From Hemiscyllium ocellatum (Eukaryota): 64,000 bases of DNA. Of the stretch, positions 1 to 12,801 are shown piece by piece (position 1 is the stretch's first letter; each line of letters starts with the position of its first letter). The translations under genes were made by a program, and so were the position numbers. The stretch lies in the NCBI RefSeq assembly GCF_020745735.1, contig NC_083409.1, forward strand, positions 8,483,534-8,547,533, read 5' to 3'. The notes below the pieces were generated by a model. The model searched no databases. It saw nothing but the letters and a program-made list of their open reading frames with translations, and was not told where the DNA came from.

Positions 1-600
1 CGTTTCTGGTATTATGCTTCATCAGGAACGTAGTTTATGGGTCAAGGGTGCTGAGAGATAAATGAGAAGGGGGTGGAGCAGGAGGGAGGTAGCTAGGAAT
101 ACGGTAGGTAGATGAAGGTGTGGTTGAAAATGATAGGTGATGAAGGGCGACAGAACGCCTCATCTACTGCATCAACTCAATCCAGTATGGTCTTCTCTAC
201 ATTGGCGAGACAGGTGGATCATTTCAGAGAACATATCTGGGACAACCACATTGACGAATTCCACCGCTTTGTGGCTGGATAGTTTAACTCCCCTTTCCAC
301 TCTGCGTAGGACATGAGCGTCCAGGGCCTCCTCCACCGCCAATCCCTAACCACCGAAGCATGTGTGAAGAAAGGCTCCTCTTCTAACTTGGGAACCTCCA
401 ACCACAAGGGATTAATGTAGATTTCACCAGTTACCCCATTTCCCCTAACTCCACCTTATCCCAGTCCAATCTTCCAACTCAGCACCCTCCCCCCTTTTGA
501 ACGTTACTATGTGTTCATTATCCTTCCCATAAATCTGGTCCACCCTTTTCTCCGACTTATCACTTTCAGCCTTACCTTCAACTACCTATTAGATCAAAGG
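1..600. mobile_element. Penelope-like element remnant: minus-strand terminal arm (1-140) followed by plus-strand GIY-YIG-derived segment and arm
   Basis: CATCTCTACTGCATCAAC...GGTCTTCTCTACATTGGCGAGACA reads like the (Y)CI..C...GLLYIGET GIY-YIG segment also seen at 63000-63070. Bases 1-26 reverse-complement to a hammerhead core CTGATGA...GAAACG. Confidence 0.7.
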
Positions 601-1019
601 AAGCAGCTTAGAAAAATGCCAAGTGTTGTAGTAAGCCAGTGGACTCAGAGAAATGTAGGACCCAGCAACGAATCACCAAGAAACTGAAAAGAAAATCAAA
701 AAGAGAAAAAGCACGCAAGCGAAAGAAAAACATAAAGACTGCTAAAGAAAACTTACATCAATGTATGAAATAAAAGTAAAAGCAAGGTCAAATGTGGAAC
801 ACTGGGTGTGCAGATAGGATAATTTATTGTAGAAAACAGAGACAACACAGGGGAAAGAAACAGTTTCTTTGCGTCTATCTTCAAGGCAGGACTTGTGTAA
901 GTAAAATCTAAGATCATTTTTATCACTGCTGTATACAAGAATTTCAGAGGAAGCAGCAATAGGCATATTGATTGCATCACATATTTTCACGCTGTTTTTC
1001 AATACTTTCCCGCAAGACA

Positions 1020-2560
1020 TTTAGCAATCTGGATAAGGCAAAGGTTATAAATATTAACCGCCAGTTTAAGAAAGGATGAAGATGGAGAGTGTGAACTCCA
1101 GACCAGTAACTTACCATCCACGGTCGGAGGTCTGTTGGTCTTGATTACACAGAACGTGTTACTGGATATATAGAAGGTAATGACAAAACTGGGGAGTATG
1201 ATAATGTATTGTGAAACTAAAATAATAAGTGGCAAACATGGTTTGAAGATGATTCTTGTGGAAGTAGGCAATTAGGAGTTAATGAATAACGTATACTTGG
1301 ATATTCAGGAGGATTTTTTTTAAGAACTCTCACACTAACATCATAAGAAAAGTGAAAGAAATTGGGAAGAACACATGCAAATAGGAAACTAAAAATTCGG
1401 TTGACATTCATGTGAATGTAAATGGAAAATAGAAGATGTCGTGCACCAGTTGCATAGAGAGTTGCTGAGACTAAACTTAGAGTATTGTGTACCGTTTGAA
1501 GTCCCAATCTAAGATAGAATATACTGACTACAGAGGAACTATAAAAGGTATTCTCCGGATTAATCCCTATGATGGCAAGATTGTCTGATGGGGGAAATTC
1601 AGCCTGTGACCTCGAGTTTCAAAAGATCAGAGGTGATTGTAGAGAAACTTAGAAACATAGAGGGGAGAGAATAACAGATGGACATGGAGAAGTGCAAGCA
1701 AGCGAGATCAGGGAAAATCCCATGATAATCTACACATATAAGTCGAACAGAATAATAGTGTCAATTAGAAACCAAAGGGTCAATCAGTGTGTCAACCCGG
1801 AGAACATTGACAGATTGCTACATGAGACCATCACAGCTGTTTTACTTGGGAGAACGTGGATGCAGGTACATAATTCGGAAAGATAGTTGGAAACCTCTGG
1901 AAGAGATTGATGTCAAATATGACCAGGAGTTTAAGGCATTTTCCGGTATAAAATTGGACCAATTCACAGGTCTGGATACTGTTGGAGTCAAGGGACGAAA
2001 GACCCTGACTGGAAATTTTATTTAGAATCTGACCATAGGGGAGTTTTCAGAGGACTGGCGAACAGCTAATATGATTCTACTTCACAGTAAGGGTGGGAGA
2101 GATTTGCCAAAGTAACTTAGGCGAGCGAGTGTTCGATCACTGTTCAGGAAACTACTGGAGAAAATAGGGAAGGAGAAAATTGAACTCCAGTCAGAATGAA
2201 AAGGCTTGATCAGCATGACTTAATCAGAGGAAAGTCAGACCAAATAGATTTGATTTAATTGTTTTGTCGAGGTCCCTTATTTAGTTTTGCAGCAAGGCCT
2301 TTGTCAAAGTTCCACATAGGAAACTGAAAAAAAAACTAAAGTAAAATCTCACAATCGCCAGGATAACTTGACAAGTTACAAGTAAATTGTCTTAACGTTA
2401 GGACGGTGTTGGGAGAAGACTATGTGGCTGGAGACCAGTGTCCCCTCGTGTACCACAGGGAACAGTGCTGTGTCCCTTATTATTTGTAGCAGTCATAAAT
2501 GATATAGATGCGAATCTGGAGGGGGTGGGTAGAGGGGTGAGAGTTGTGATAAGTAAGGTT
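1020..2560 (+). mobile_element. Old, fragmented CR1 LINE ORF2 pieces
   Basis: Degenerate equivalents of EDWRxANV (2052-2075), LEYCV.F.SP (~1478-1505) and VPQGTVLCPLLFVAVIND (2450-2505); many stops. Confidence 0.65.
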
Positions 2561-2679
2561 GTGTTTGGGGGATTTCAATGTCCACAAAAAGAGTGGGTCA
2601 GCAGCAGCATTACTGATTGAGCTGTTTGGTCCTAAAGGATATAACTCCTCGACTCGTTTCTGTGGCAGATGGTGAAGGA

Positions 2680-3960
2680 ACCAGCAAGAGGGAAAAGACA
2701 TATTTGACCACAGCCTTACTCATCTGCCAGTTGCAGAGGTATCTGTCCACGTAGTATCGGGTAAGAGTGACGACTACATAGTCATTGTGGAGATAAAGTC
2801 ACACCTTCACATTGAGCATACACTTCACAATTTTGGGTGGCACTATCGCCATGCGAAATAGGACAGACTTCGAACAGATCTAGCAGCTCAAATCTGGTTT
2901 TCCATGACGTGTTGTGGGTCATCAATAGCACCAGAATTTTACTCCAGCACAACCTCATGACATGGCATGTCCCCCTCACAACAGTTACCATCAAGCCAGA
3001 GGATCAACCTTGGTTAAATGGAGTGTGCACGATAGCAGAAGCATCACCAGGCATACCTGACAAAGAGGTGTCAGCCTGGTGAAGCCACCAAACAGGACTG
3101 CTTGTGCACCAAACAGCATAAGCAGTAAGTCATACACAGAGCCAAGTGATCCCATAAGCAACGGATCGGATCTAAGCTCTGCAGTCCTTCTACTTCTAGT
3201 TGAGAATAATTATGAACAATTAAACAAGTCATTGGAGGAGAAGTTTCCACAAGTGTCCCCATCCTTAATGATGGAAGAGTCCAGCACTTCAGTGCAAAAG
3301 ATAACGTTCATGCATTCGCAATAATCTTCAGTCAGAAGTGTTGAGTGGATGATCCACCTCAGCCTCCTCCAGTCGTCCTCAGCAATTCAGTTACCAGTCA
3401 TCAGCCAATTTGATTCACTCCACGCGATATCCAGATTCAGTTGGAGACACTGGATACCCCAAAGGGTACGTACCCTGCCAACATTCTGGCAATAGTACGG
3501 AAAAGTTGTGCTCCAGAACTTGTCACTGCCCTCGCCAAGCTGTTCCAATACCATTATAACAGCGACATTTCCCTGATTATGTGGAAAATTACCGCAAGTA
3601 TCACCGATACACAAAAAAAGGAGAACAAATCCAATCCGGCCAATTACCTACCCATCAGTCTACTCTCTATCATCAGTAAAGTGATGGAAGGTGTCAGTGA
3701 TTTCAAGCAGCACCTGCTCAGCAATTACCTGGTCAATGACGCTCAGTTTGGGCTCCACCAGGGCCACTCAGCTCCTCATCACATTACCTTGGTTCAAACA
3801 TGGACAAAAGAGCTGAATTCCAGAGGTGGAATGAAAGTGACTGCCCTTTAAAACAAAGCTGCCTTCGACCAAGTGTGGTATCAAGGGGCGTAAACAAAAC
3901 TGGAATGAATGGGTATCAAGGGAAAAATCCCCGCTAGTTAGAATTATACCTGACACGTGG
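2680..3960 (+). mobile_element. Decayed LINE of a second family (CR1/L2 group), endonuclease tail to RT start
   Basis: ORF 3441-3851 contains NPANYLPISLLSIISKVMEG and DAQFGLHQGHSAP, followed by the VTAL..KAAFD.VW region; distinct in sequence from the young CR1. Confidence 0.75.
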
Positions 3961-3974
3961 AAATATTGTTGTAA

Positions 3975-4990
3975 GGTTTGTGAGTATTTGTAGCTTAAGT
4001 TGAGGTTTAGGGTGTAGGTTTGCTCTTTGAGCTGTAGGTTTGATTACCAGACGTTTCATTACCTGCCTAGGTAACATCATCAGTGGTGACCTCCAAGTGA
4101 AGCGAAGCTGTTGTCTCCTGCGTTCTATATGTATGTTTGTCCTGGATGGGGTTGCTGGGGTTTGTGGTGATTTAATTTCCTCTTCGTTTTCTGAGGGGTT
4201 GATAGAGGGTATCTAGATCTATTTATTTGTTTATGGCGTTGTGGTTGGAGTTCCAGGACTCCAGGAATTCTCTGGCATGTTTTTGATTAGTCTGTCCCAA
4301 GATAGATGTGTCGGCCCAGTAGAAATGGTGTTTTTTTTATCCGTGTGCAGGTCTACGAGGGAGAGAGGTCGGGTCTTTATGTGGCTAACTGGTGTTCGTG
4401 TGTCCTGGTGGCTAATTATCTTCCTGTTTGTCCTACTTAGTGTTTGTGGCAGTCCTTGCATGGAATTTTGTGGACGACGTTGGTTTTGTCCATAGGTGGT
4501 ACTGGGTCTTTTAAGTTTGTTAGTTTTTGTTCGAGAGTGTTCGTGGGTTTGTGTGCTATTAAGATTCCGAGGAGTCTTAGTATTCTGGCTGTCATTTCTG
4601 AAACTTCTTTGATATATGTTAAGCTGGTTTGGGTTTCTGGTTGTGTTTGGTCTGCTTGTCGAGGTTTGGGGATGTTTGAACATGAATGAGGAAGGCCCAA
4701 TGTGTTGAATGGTCTACTCATTTCCCGATTTTTCTGTGCAGTCTGTGGGAAAGATCTGTAAATGTTGTCACAAGCTCTCAGACCTTAGGAAGGAGGTCTC
4801 TGCAGGGTCAACAGGACTGTGTTTCCTGTTCCCTTTTCCGATACCGAGACTGGGGCTGGGTGTTCTGTCCAGGTTTATCCTTTAAGACCGCGGAGCAATT
4901 TGATACAATAGAGTGTCTTGCTTCGCCGATTCAGAGACCATCGAAGAGTTGATCACATGTCTGTGCGTCTGGAGTCACGTTTAGGCCAAC
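3975..4990 (-). mobile_element. Penelope-like element 3' part (RT C-terminus, GIY-YIG endonuclease, terminal repeat)
   Basis: Minus ORF 4437-4721 ends LTNLKDPVPPMDKTNVVHKIPCKDCHKH, followed by frameshifted HQ..TRTP.S and FDW/TGPTHLSWD GIY-YIG tail; hammerhead in the terminal region. Confidence 0.85.
4042..4091 (-). ncRNA. Minimal type I hammerhead ribozyme (Penelope-associated)
   Basis: Minus strand GGTCACCA-CTGATGA-T-GTTACCT(AGGC)AGGTAAT-GAAACGTC^TGGTAATC. Stem I has 7/8 pairs, stem II has 7 pairs, and the core and palindromic ACGT stem III are intact. Confidence 0.8.
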
Positions 4991-5200
4991 CAGGAAAGCA
5001 CGGCAAACTCACTTCCTGAAACTACATTGGAAAAGCAAATTGGTGTTTATAAGCGATATTGACTTCAAGGTCACTGTTACTGCCACCGGATTTTGAATCT
5101 TAATAATTATGAATTGCTTTTAACTTCTGACAGCTGCCAGAGCAGTATCCTGGTTTAGATTAGTAATCCAGTGACATTTCCACAGCAGCACCATCCCCAC
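4985..5200 (-). mobile_element. Degenerate tRNA-derived SINE remnant
   Basis: Reverse strand has a degraded tRNA-like head near 5150-5195 and a body resembling a common elasmobranch SINE; recognised from memory only. Confidence 0.35.
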
Positions 5201-5349
5201 ATTGGGACCTATCTGAAATCACATTGACCAAGTTACTTCTGTGCTGCTTGACAGCTCTGTCAAAAAGAACTTCCACCAATTTGACTGTCGTGACGGGACT
5301 GAGGGCGTGGTAATTGGTCAGATAGTAATTTCTCCTGTCTTAGAGAACT

Positions 5350-5870
5350 GGGCATAACTGTGTAATTTCCACATTGCCAGGGAGATGTCAGAGTTGGAGC
5401 TGGAATGAAACAGCTTCCCCTTGTTGTGCAGCACAAGAATTCAGTCCTATTGCAGGAATGGGTTGGGACCCACTGCCTTTGTCGTGCTTTCTGTGTTCAG
5501 CCAGTTCTTCATGTCACGGGCAGCGAATCGAATTGGTTGAAGCTTGGCATCTGTGATTCTGTGGGTATCATGGTGAGATGCGTGGTGGATCATCAACTTC
5601 ACACTTTTGGCTGAGACTGTTGCAGATACTACCTTCCTTTGTTTTGCACCGGTGTACAGGGCAGTTCTGTTCTGCAGCACGGGGATATTTATGGAATCCT
5701 GTCCTCCAGTCATTTGTTTAATCATCCATCACCATTTATGACTGAATGTGGCAGGACTGCAGAGCTTCAATCAGATCTGTTGGTCAGGTGCGGTAGCTTT
5801 AATGGGTTTGCATCAAGTTTAGGTTCACATGATTCTGATCCTGACATGTTCAACCACAGTGATTACTGAA
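5350..5870 (-). mobile_element. Fragment of the second LINE family
   Basis: Minus ORF 5447-5725 ...KLQPIRFAARDMKNWLNTESTTKAVGP matches the region encoded at 3400-3490 on the plus strand. Confidence 0.65.
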
Positions 5871-6099
5871 ACAAATGCCGTGTTCATCGTAATGGCAGAC
5901 TGAGGAGATTATCCCTGGCCAAAATGTTACAGGTTAACGCTGTTCTGCTTCTCCTGCTGCTGTGATCTATAGCACTAAATGAATACGCAATTTTGAGCTG
6001 CAATATCTGCAATGCAATTCTGCTGTCTGTCCCTTAGTTCACATGAAGACCCATTCACCCATCAACCCTGTACTCAGTAACCGAATTGGTTTCTGATTT

Positions 6100-6600
6100 T
6101 CTTACTCTCATTCTGCTGAGGGTCTCTCCCCGGGTCAAGCTTCCAATCTGACACATTCTGCAAAACAGGTTAACTGATTTTAATTCAATTGTTGAATTCA
6201 TCTGAATCTTTTTCCCTTGTGTAATACCATCTTCTGTGTTTAACGTGAATATGATTCCCCCTGTTTCTCTCCCTGACCATGATTAAGAGGTCTGCAGTGT
6301 TACTGGTACTAGCCTTATGTAGAATTAGAGCCAATGAATTTCTGGATTCCCAACCATCTTCACCACATTGTATGTTTTCTCCTTTGGTTTGATGCCTTAT
6401 CACACATGGCTGCCTTTTCCTCCCATGAGTATATTCCATCTCCTTTGGGATGAATTTCTGATATCCTCCGAAATATCCACAGAAATTCCTGCCTTTGCTG
6501 CTCCATGGCCTGCCCTGCTCCGCTCCCCTTCCAATTAACTCTGGTCAGCTCCTGCCGCATGCCTTTGTATTTATGTTACTCACTTTTAATCATATTAATT
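6100..6600 (-). mobile_element. CR1 ORF2 fragment (endonuclease-RT linker)
   Basis: MRQELTRVNWK...MEQQRQEFL parallels VRHDLGCVDWK...NEMWGLFKEQ of the young CR1. Confidence 0.65.
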
Positions 6601-7254
6601 CGAGAAGAGAGCAATAGTGATAAACCAAAAGAAGGAGTTTTGAGAGAATGGACGAGAAGAATAATTGGTAAATTTCTTAACTAGATACAAAGAGAGAACG
6701 AGAGAGAGGATATAGATGAGGAAATGTGAAAAATGACAAAACTAGATTATTGAAAGAAGTAGATGTACATCCCTCGATGTTTTGGCAATTTCTGTGTGTT
6801 GTGGTCCTTTGTATAGTGCATGTACAACAGCGTAATGTATTCAAATGCTGCGTTTGATGCCAGAATTCTTCTCTCCAATAATATGATAGGCACTAGTTTT
6901 GGAATGTACACAATAGGCCAATATATTGAAGTCGCAGTAGAAAGGGGATTAACTGAAATAGGTTGGGATACCAGAAGCAAGAATTTATAACACACCTCCT
7001 GACAAGAATGAGAGATTAGAGTTGAGAATTCCAGAAAAGAAGGGAACACTGAGAGAAGGGGAACATATCACTTTAGATGAGCATCAAATAATTTTTTTTT
7101 TACATTTTATACATCATGTGCATCATTTTTTCGATAACTGTGTCTCCGTTGTTCATTTAGACTGTTGTGCACATGTGAAAAATTTTACTTAACTGCACAG
7201 TCACATTGATTAAACAGCGTATATAAAATCATTTTTCCGCCATTGAAATGGCCC

Positions 7255-7650
7255 TGTTGTCATGTTACGAGGATACATGAACACCAACTGGCCACCAAAA
7301 GACACGACCCATGATCACTATGTTCTATACATGCAGACAAAGAAGGTCACCACTTTGACTGGGACAACACACACACACACACACATACGAAGACACGCAA
7401 GGTCATTATTAGAGGAATGACTTTCCAACGAGAGCTCCATCAATAAACGCATCAATTTCGATCCTACCTAACTTCTCTTGTAAAAAAAAACCGGAAATGA
7501 CATCACCCACCATAAGACGCCAAGACCTATAATCACAGAGGCGGACATACCACCAGCCCTTCAGCAGAGACTCCCACTGATGATGTTATCTCGTCATAGT
7601 GACAAAACTTCTGAAAACAAACCCTCAAGCTCAGCGAGCTAACTTGAATA
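7255..7650 (+). mobile_element. Penelope-like 3' fragment with degenerate hammerhead (7571-7615)
   Basis: RIHEHQLATKRHDP and HADKEGHHFDWDNT GIY-YIG tail; CTGATGATGTTATC...GTGACAAAACTTC. Confidence 0.8.
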
Positions 7651-9362
7651 CACAAAACTTGATATTTTTCATTTATTAGTGGAATGTGGGAGTTCCCTGT
7701 ACTCAGTTTAATAGGTTACCAGGTGAGCTTTTCTGGGTGTGTGATTTCAATTAACAGAGGGGTTCGATATTGATGTTATAACAGTTTGGGGCCTTGCCGA
7801 ATGGGACTTGGAGAGACTTGAACAGAAATGAGATACTAAACGTCTCAGCAAATTCCGACACTTGGCAATTAGTGATCTAGATCTTCAAATAAAACTGGTG
7901 GGAAAATTCCTTTAATTTTGTTAGTTTGTGGTTGGTTAAATTAGAAGTGAGAGAAATGGTTTTTAACATTACTAAAGAGGTTCCCAAATTTGCCAAGGAA
8001 GATTAAAAAGGCAGATGGACATATTTTTAGAATTAACAAATAGGATGGAATTGGGTTTAACCAGTGACAAAACGAAAGTTCAAATTGTGATGGAGTCGGT
8101 CAAGAACTTTAATGTGTCAGAGAAACAGGGAATTGCAGTGGAATGAGAAAAAAAAACTTAAATTGCATACGTGGCAACTGCAGTTTGAAGCTTAAAAAAG
8201 ACGCAGAAACAGACAGAGAAGAAAGAGAAAGGGAAAGAGAGGAAAAAGAGACAGAGAATTTGTAATTCAGAAGTTGGGAATTAGAAAATTAGTAAAGTTA
8301 AATTAACAGGATGGAGATGAAGGGAGAATATAGAAACGTATGCAGCTATGTTCATACATTGCCATATTTCGTTGAGAAAAACGTCAAAATCTGTTTTTAT
8401 TTCATTTGAAGAAATGGCTCAGCAGATGGTATGTCCAGTGAACTTGTGAGCAATGCTAGTTCAGACTAAGCTGGTGGCCACACCTAGAGAGACATGTGCA
8501 GCGATGTCAGATAAGGGTTCAAGAGATTACGCAGATGTCAAACTGGCTACTTTGAGTTTTTATGCATTGGTACTAGAAGAATATAGACAAAGGTTAGGAA
8601 ATATAGAGAGGGAACCAAGTCAGACTTATGTTTCATTGAAAGAATTAAACACAGACATTTTGACAGATCGGTGCTGACCTTAAAAATGACTAAGACTTGT
8701 GAGGCTCGAAGGGAGATTTTTCTGCTGGAGGAGTTTAAAGACTCACTTTCAGAGGTGACAAGAATTCATGTGAATGAACAGAAATTTCAACAAGTGAGAA
8801 GCACGGCAAGAATGGCGGGTAAATATACGTTAGTGCATAAGATGAAATTTAGCTTCTGGGAGTATTTTCATCCTCAGAGGGATAAACATTGGGAGAAGGT
8901 GCCAACCTACACTACAAAGCGAACAATAGAGCACACTGGCAATAGTTTACTACAGCTGAAAAAATAAGGGGGTTGAAAGGTGATGAAAGGCCTCTGGTGG
9001 TTCTCACAATAAGCGAGTGGAACACATAAAATTACAGTGCTGATAGTTTAAGAAGGGCACTGGGAAAACATGTTTTCACTGCTGTAAGCTGGGACACACA
9101 GTGCTGGGCGTTGAAAGAAGACACTTTGGAAAAAGATGTGTAGAAGACGCTAAGCCAGTGACATGAGTGAAACTGGTAAAGGAGACCCCAAGTGGAGCCG
9201 GGGAGATGCAGAAGAGTGCACAGCCGAGGCAGCTGTTGGATATGGAGGCAGTGCCTGATCTCTGAAAGAATTCGCCTCTGTGGATAAAGTTTACTCAGAG
9301 AGAACAGGGGGAGAAGAACAAGAAGTAATGATTTTGTGAGATACGGGGTCTGCTCAGTCTCT

Positions 9363-10020
9363 AAAAGTTGAGAAGTGGGACACTGGAAAAGCACAACAGA
9401 TCAAGCAGCATGCGAAGTGAAGGGCAATCGACATATCACGCATAAACCCATCGTCAGGAATTTGGCCGGGAGCCAAGGGGGCTGAAAGACAAATAGGAGG
9501 ATAAGAGCTGGGCTGGCGGGAGGGTCACTGGGAAGGCGATAGGAAGCTGTAGGTGGGAGTGATAGTGATATGTTGGAGGGAAGGGTGGACTGGATAGTTA
9601 GGAAGGAAGATGGACAATTAAGATGGTGCAAGAGGGTGGTGCTAAATTCAACGTTTGGATCTGAGATGAGGTTGGGGAGGGGAGATTTGGAAATTGGTGA
9701 ATTCTATGTTAATGCTGTATAGTTTGAGGGTTTCAGCTGTCCTACTACTGACCCACTTCACCCTCCTCTCCGACTTATCACCATCACACCCCACCTGCAT
9801 CTACCTATCGCCTTCCAAGCTACCTCCCACCCAGCTCCACCCCACCTCCTATTTATTTCTCAGCCCACTGACCCCTCCCTTACCACCCACTTTCCTGATG
9901 AATGACTTCTGCCTGAAATGTCGATTCTCCTGACCCCTGGATGCAACCGACCTCCTGTGCTTTTCCAGCCCAACACTTTTTATCTCTGATCTCCAGCATC
10001 TGCAGTCCTCACTTTCCCTC
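9363..10020. mobile_element. Non-autonomous Penelope-derived insertion with two inverted arms, inside the Gypsy protease
   Basis: 9365-9600 is an imperfect inverted repeat of 9750-10000; each arm has a degenerate hammerhead (9424-9461 minus, 9895-9924 plus). Confidence 0.75.
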
Positions 10021-10531
10021 GGCCTCTTATAGTAAGAGATGGAAATATTTTCACTCTTTCTGACATGTCACTCAAGAGCGTGAAAATTTGTGGAATGGGG
10101 ACATAAACTAAGCATTCCCTTGTGTAACATCAGGTTGTAGTGCCAAATCAATATTGGGGATGTAACAGTGATAGTGAGTGACAGAGTGTCAACTCCAGGA
10201 TGACAGTTTGTTCGTGAGAACTATTTAGCAGGATTCAAAGTGGAAGAAACACCCCTTGTGTTGGAGAATTTAATGGGAGACTAGGGAACGAGGGAGTTAA
10301 GAGAAATATGCCCACAAATTTTTGCAGACTGTGTAGTAACAAGATCCCACTGTCATAAGTTACCGCAGGAAGGAAAAACATAAGAAAAAGCCAAAGGAGT
10401 TGATGCGCAGATAACTGAAATCCTATTTGATGTCACGGTGCGGGAAACAAAACCTGAACAGGCAGAGGGTCAGGCTGAGGAGTTTAGTCCAGAAAGGCTA
10501 ATGGACTTACAAGAGATGTACATAAACACAG

Positions 10532-10533
<2 letters not shown>

Positions 10534-10604
<71 letters not shown>

Positions 10605-10607
10605 CAC
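10534..10607. repeat. (CA)n microsatellite
   Basis: Near-perfect AC run with one GC interruption. Confidence 0.98.
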
Positions 10608-12801
10608 TGAAACAAAATAAGAATATATTATCGAACGTTATTAATTTAAAGATAGAATCCTAAAATGTAAATGGAGATCACGACAGGTTGGTGCAGAAGG
10701 GAAATGGGCCGAAGTGCACCAGAATGTGTTACCAGTAGCACACAGTTTTACGGGTAGCACATGTTCTAACTTCAGGCGGTCAGCTCAGTGTACGGAGGAC
10801 TCAGGCTAAGGTACAGAAGCATTTCAAGTGGCCTAGAATGCACAAGGACGTGGTTAATTCTTGTTACATGCCAAATGGTAGGTACGTCACAGGCAGTAAT
10901 GAAAGCACCAGCTTTGTTGTCAATTCTTGCATTCAAAGAAACTTTCACGTGAGTTATGGTGAATTGTGTAGCTCCACTTTCTAAAATAAAAGTGGAAACC
11001 AATATTTGCTAACCACTATGTGTCAACCAGGTTTCCAGAGGAAATTTCATGACGGAGTGTTAAGGGAAAAAGGGAGGTGGAGGAGTTGGTAGATTTCTTT
11101 TCTTGCTGTTGCCTACCCAGAGAGATTCAGTCAGACCAATTGTCTCATTTTACTGCTCAGCTGTTTTACGAAGTCATGGATAGCTTAGAAATACAGCACT
11201 TCAAATCAGGTGCGGCCCATCCTGAATAACAGGGAGCTTTGGAACGTTGCAATCAGACACTGAAGACCGTGTTAACAGCGTACTGTCAGCATTACACAAA
11301 TGATTGGGATAAAGGTGTCCCATTAAATTGTTTGCCATTAGAGATGTCCCATATAAATCTACTCCGTTTACTTCCTTTGAGTTAATATTCGTACATGAAG
11401 TGAGAGGTCCTTTGAAATTAATTTAATATAAATTGACAACCGAAATCGGAGATCTCATAGTTCGATTGTGTATGTGAGGTGAGGGAGAGATTAATTGGAG
11501 TAGGTGAGTTAGCTAAACAGCACCTGAAGAGGGCACAACATGGAATGAAGCCAGTGGCAGATGAAATCTCTGAAACTTTGATGATTTCCTGTGGGGGTGA
11601 CGAATTAGTATTGCCACCAGTGGTAGGAAAACCCTTCAAAGCCAAGATTAGTAGCCACTTTCAAATTAAAACAAAATGTTGAGTCAGTTAAACTATCTGG
11701 TAAAGATACCAGAAATGACAAAAACGTTATCAAGTATGTCATGTGAATGAATAATGCTCGAGCCAAATTTAAGACTCAGAAACAGAGGTGTGGCCAGATC
11801 AGCAAATTGTGCAGTTCATCTGTATGATGTAGTGATCTGTAGCAAGTGATTGAAAGCTCACATTTTACAGTTAGCAGAACATGTTGAACTACTTTAAGAC
11901 GCAAACTTGGTAAAAAAAAATGCTTAAAGAAAACAAAATTCACGAAGGCAGTGGTGATGTTCTTTGGACATTGCATTGGACATTGAAGTTTGACCCCATG
12001 GAACAAAAAGACAAAAGACTTTGAGGAATTTCCACGACCATCTTCGAAGAAAGAAGTGCTTCGAATTTTTGGAACTGAGTGGATTCTATCTGAAGTTTGT
12101 TGCAAACTTCAGCAGCGTATTGGCACCACTGCTGGATTTATGAAAGAAGATCAAAGAATTGTAGTGGACAGAGCAATGCCAGAAGGCATTTGAGAATTTA
12201 AAAGCAGGATTAAACACTGCATCATGTTTAGATACACCAAATGTTTTGAAAATTGTGTTAGATGCTTGAGATATAGAAATTGGTATATTGATACAGAAAG
12301 CTGATGATGGAATTGAATGGACAATTAGCTACTTTTCGAAAAAACTCAATATCCACCAGAGGAAAAAAATACAAAATCTCCATTACTGAAAAAGAATGAT
12401 TAAGTTTCGTACTGGTCTGACAATATTTTAATATTTATATGAAAAACAAATTGTCGGATATGGTTGTGGACAATGACAAATCTCTCGTATTTTTTGGAAT
12501 ATTTAAAATAGAATATGAGACTATTTCATTGGAGTCTTATGTTATGAAATTTGAACTTACAAAATGTACATGCAGTGGGTCCTAAAATGTGATAGCAGAT
12601 GTGTTATCGTGGATTTAAAGGAAAACGTTTCGATAAGATTTGACTTATTCCAATGTTATATATGTTTGCATAATTAATATGAATGGCATAACTGAGTTTA
12701 ATATTTTTGTATTTCATAATAATGGGATTAAGAATTAGAGGAAAACGAATGATGCCATCCTTTCATTCTGATGGTTCATTTTCTTTTCTGAAGGGGGGAG
12801 G

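Noticed and set aside
10438-10620. His-Thr repeat ORF
   Set aside because: Translation of the (CA)n microsatellite.
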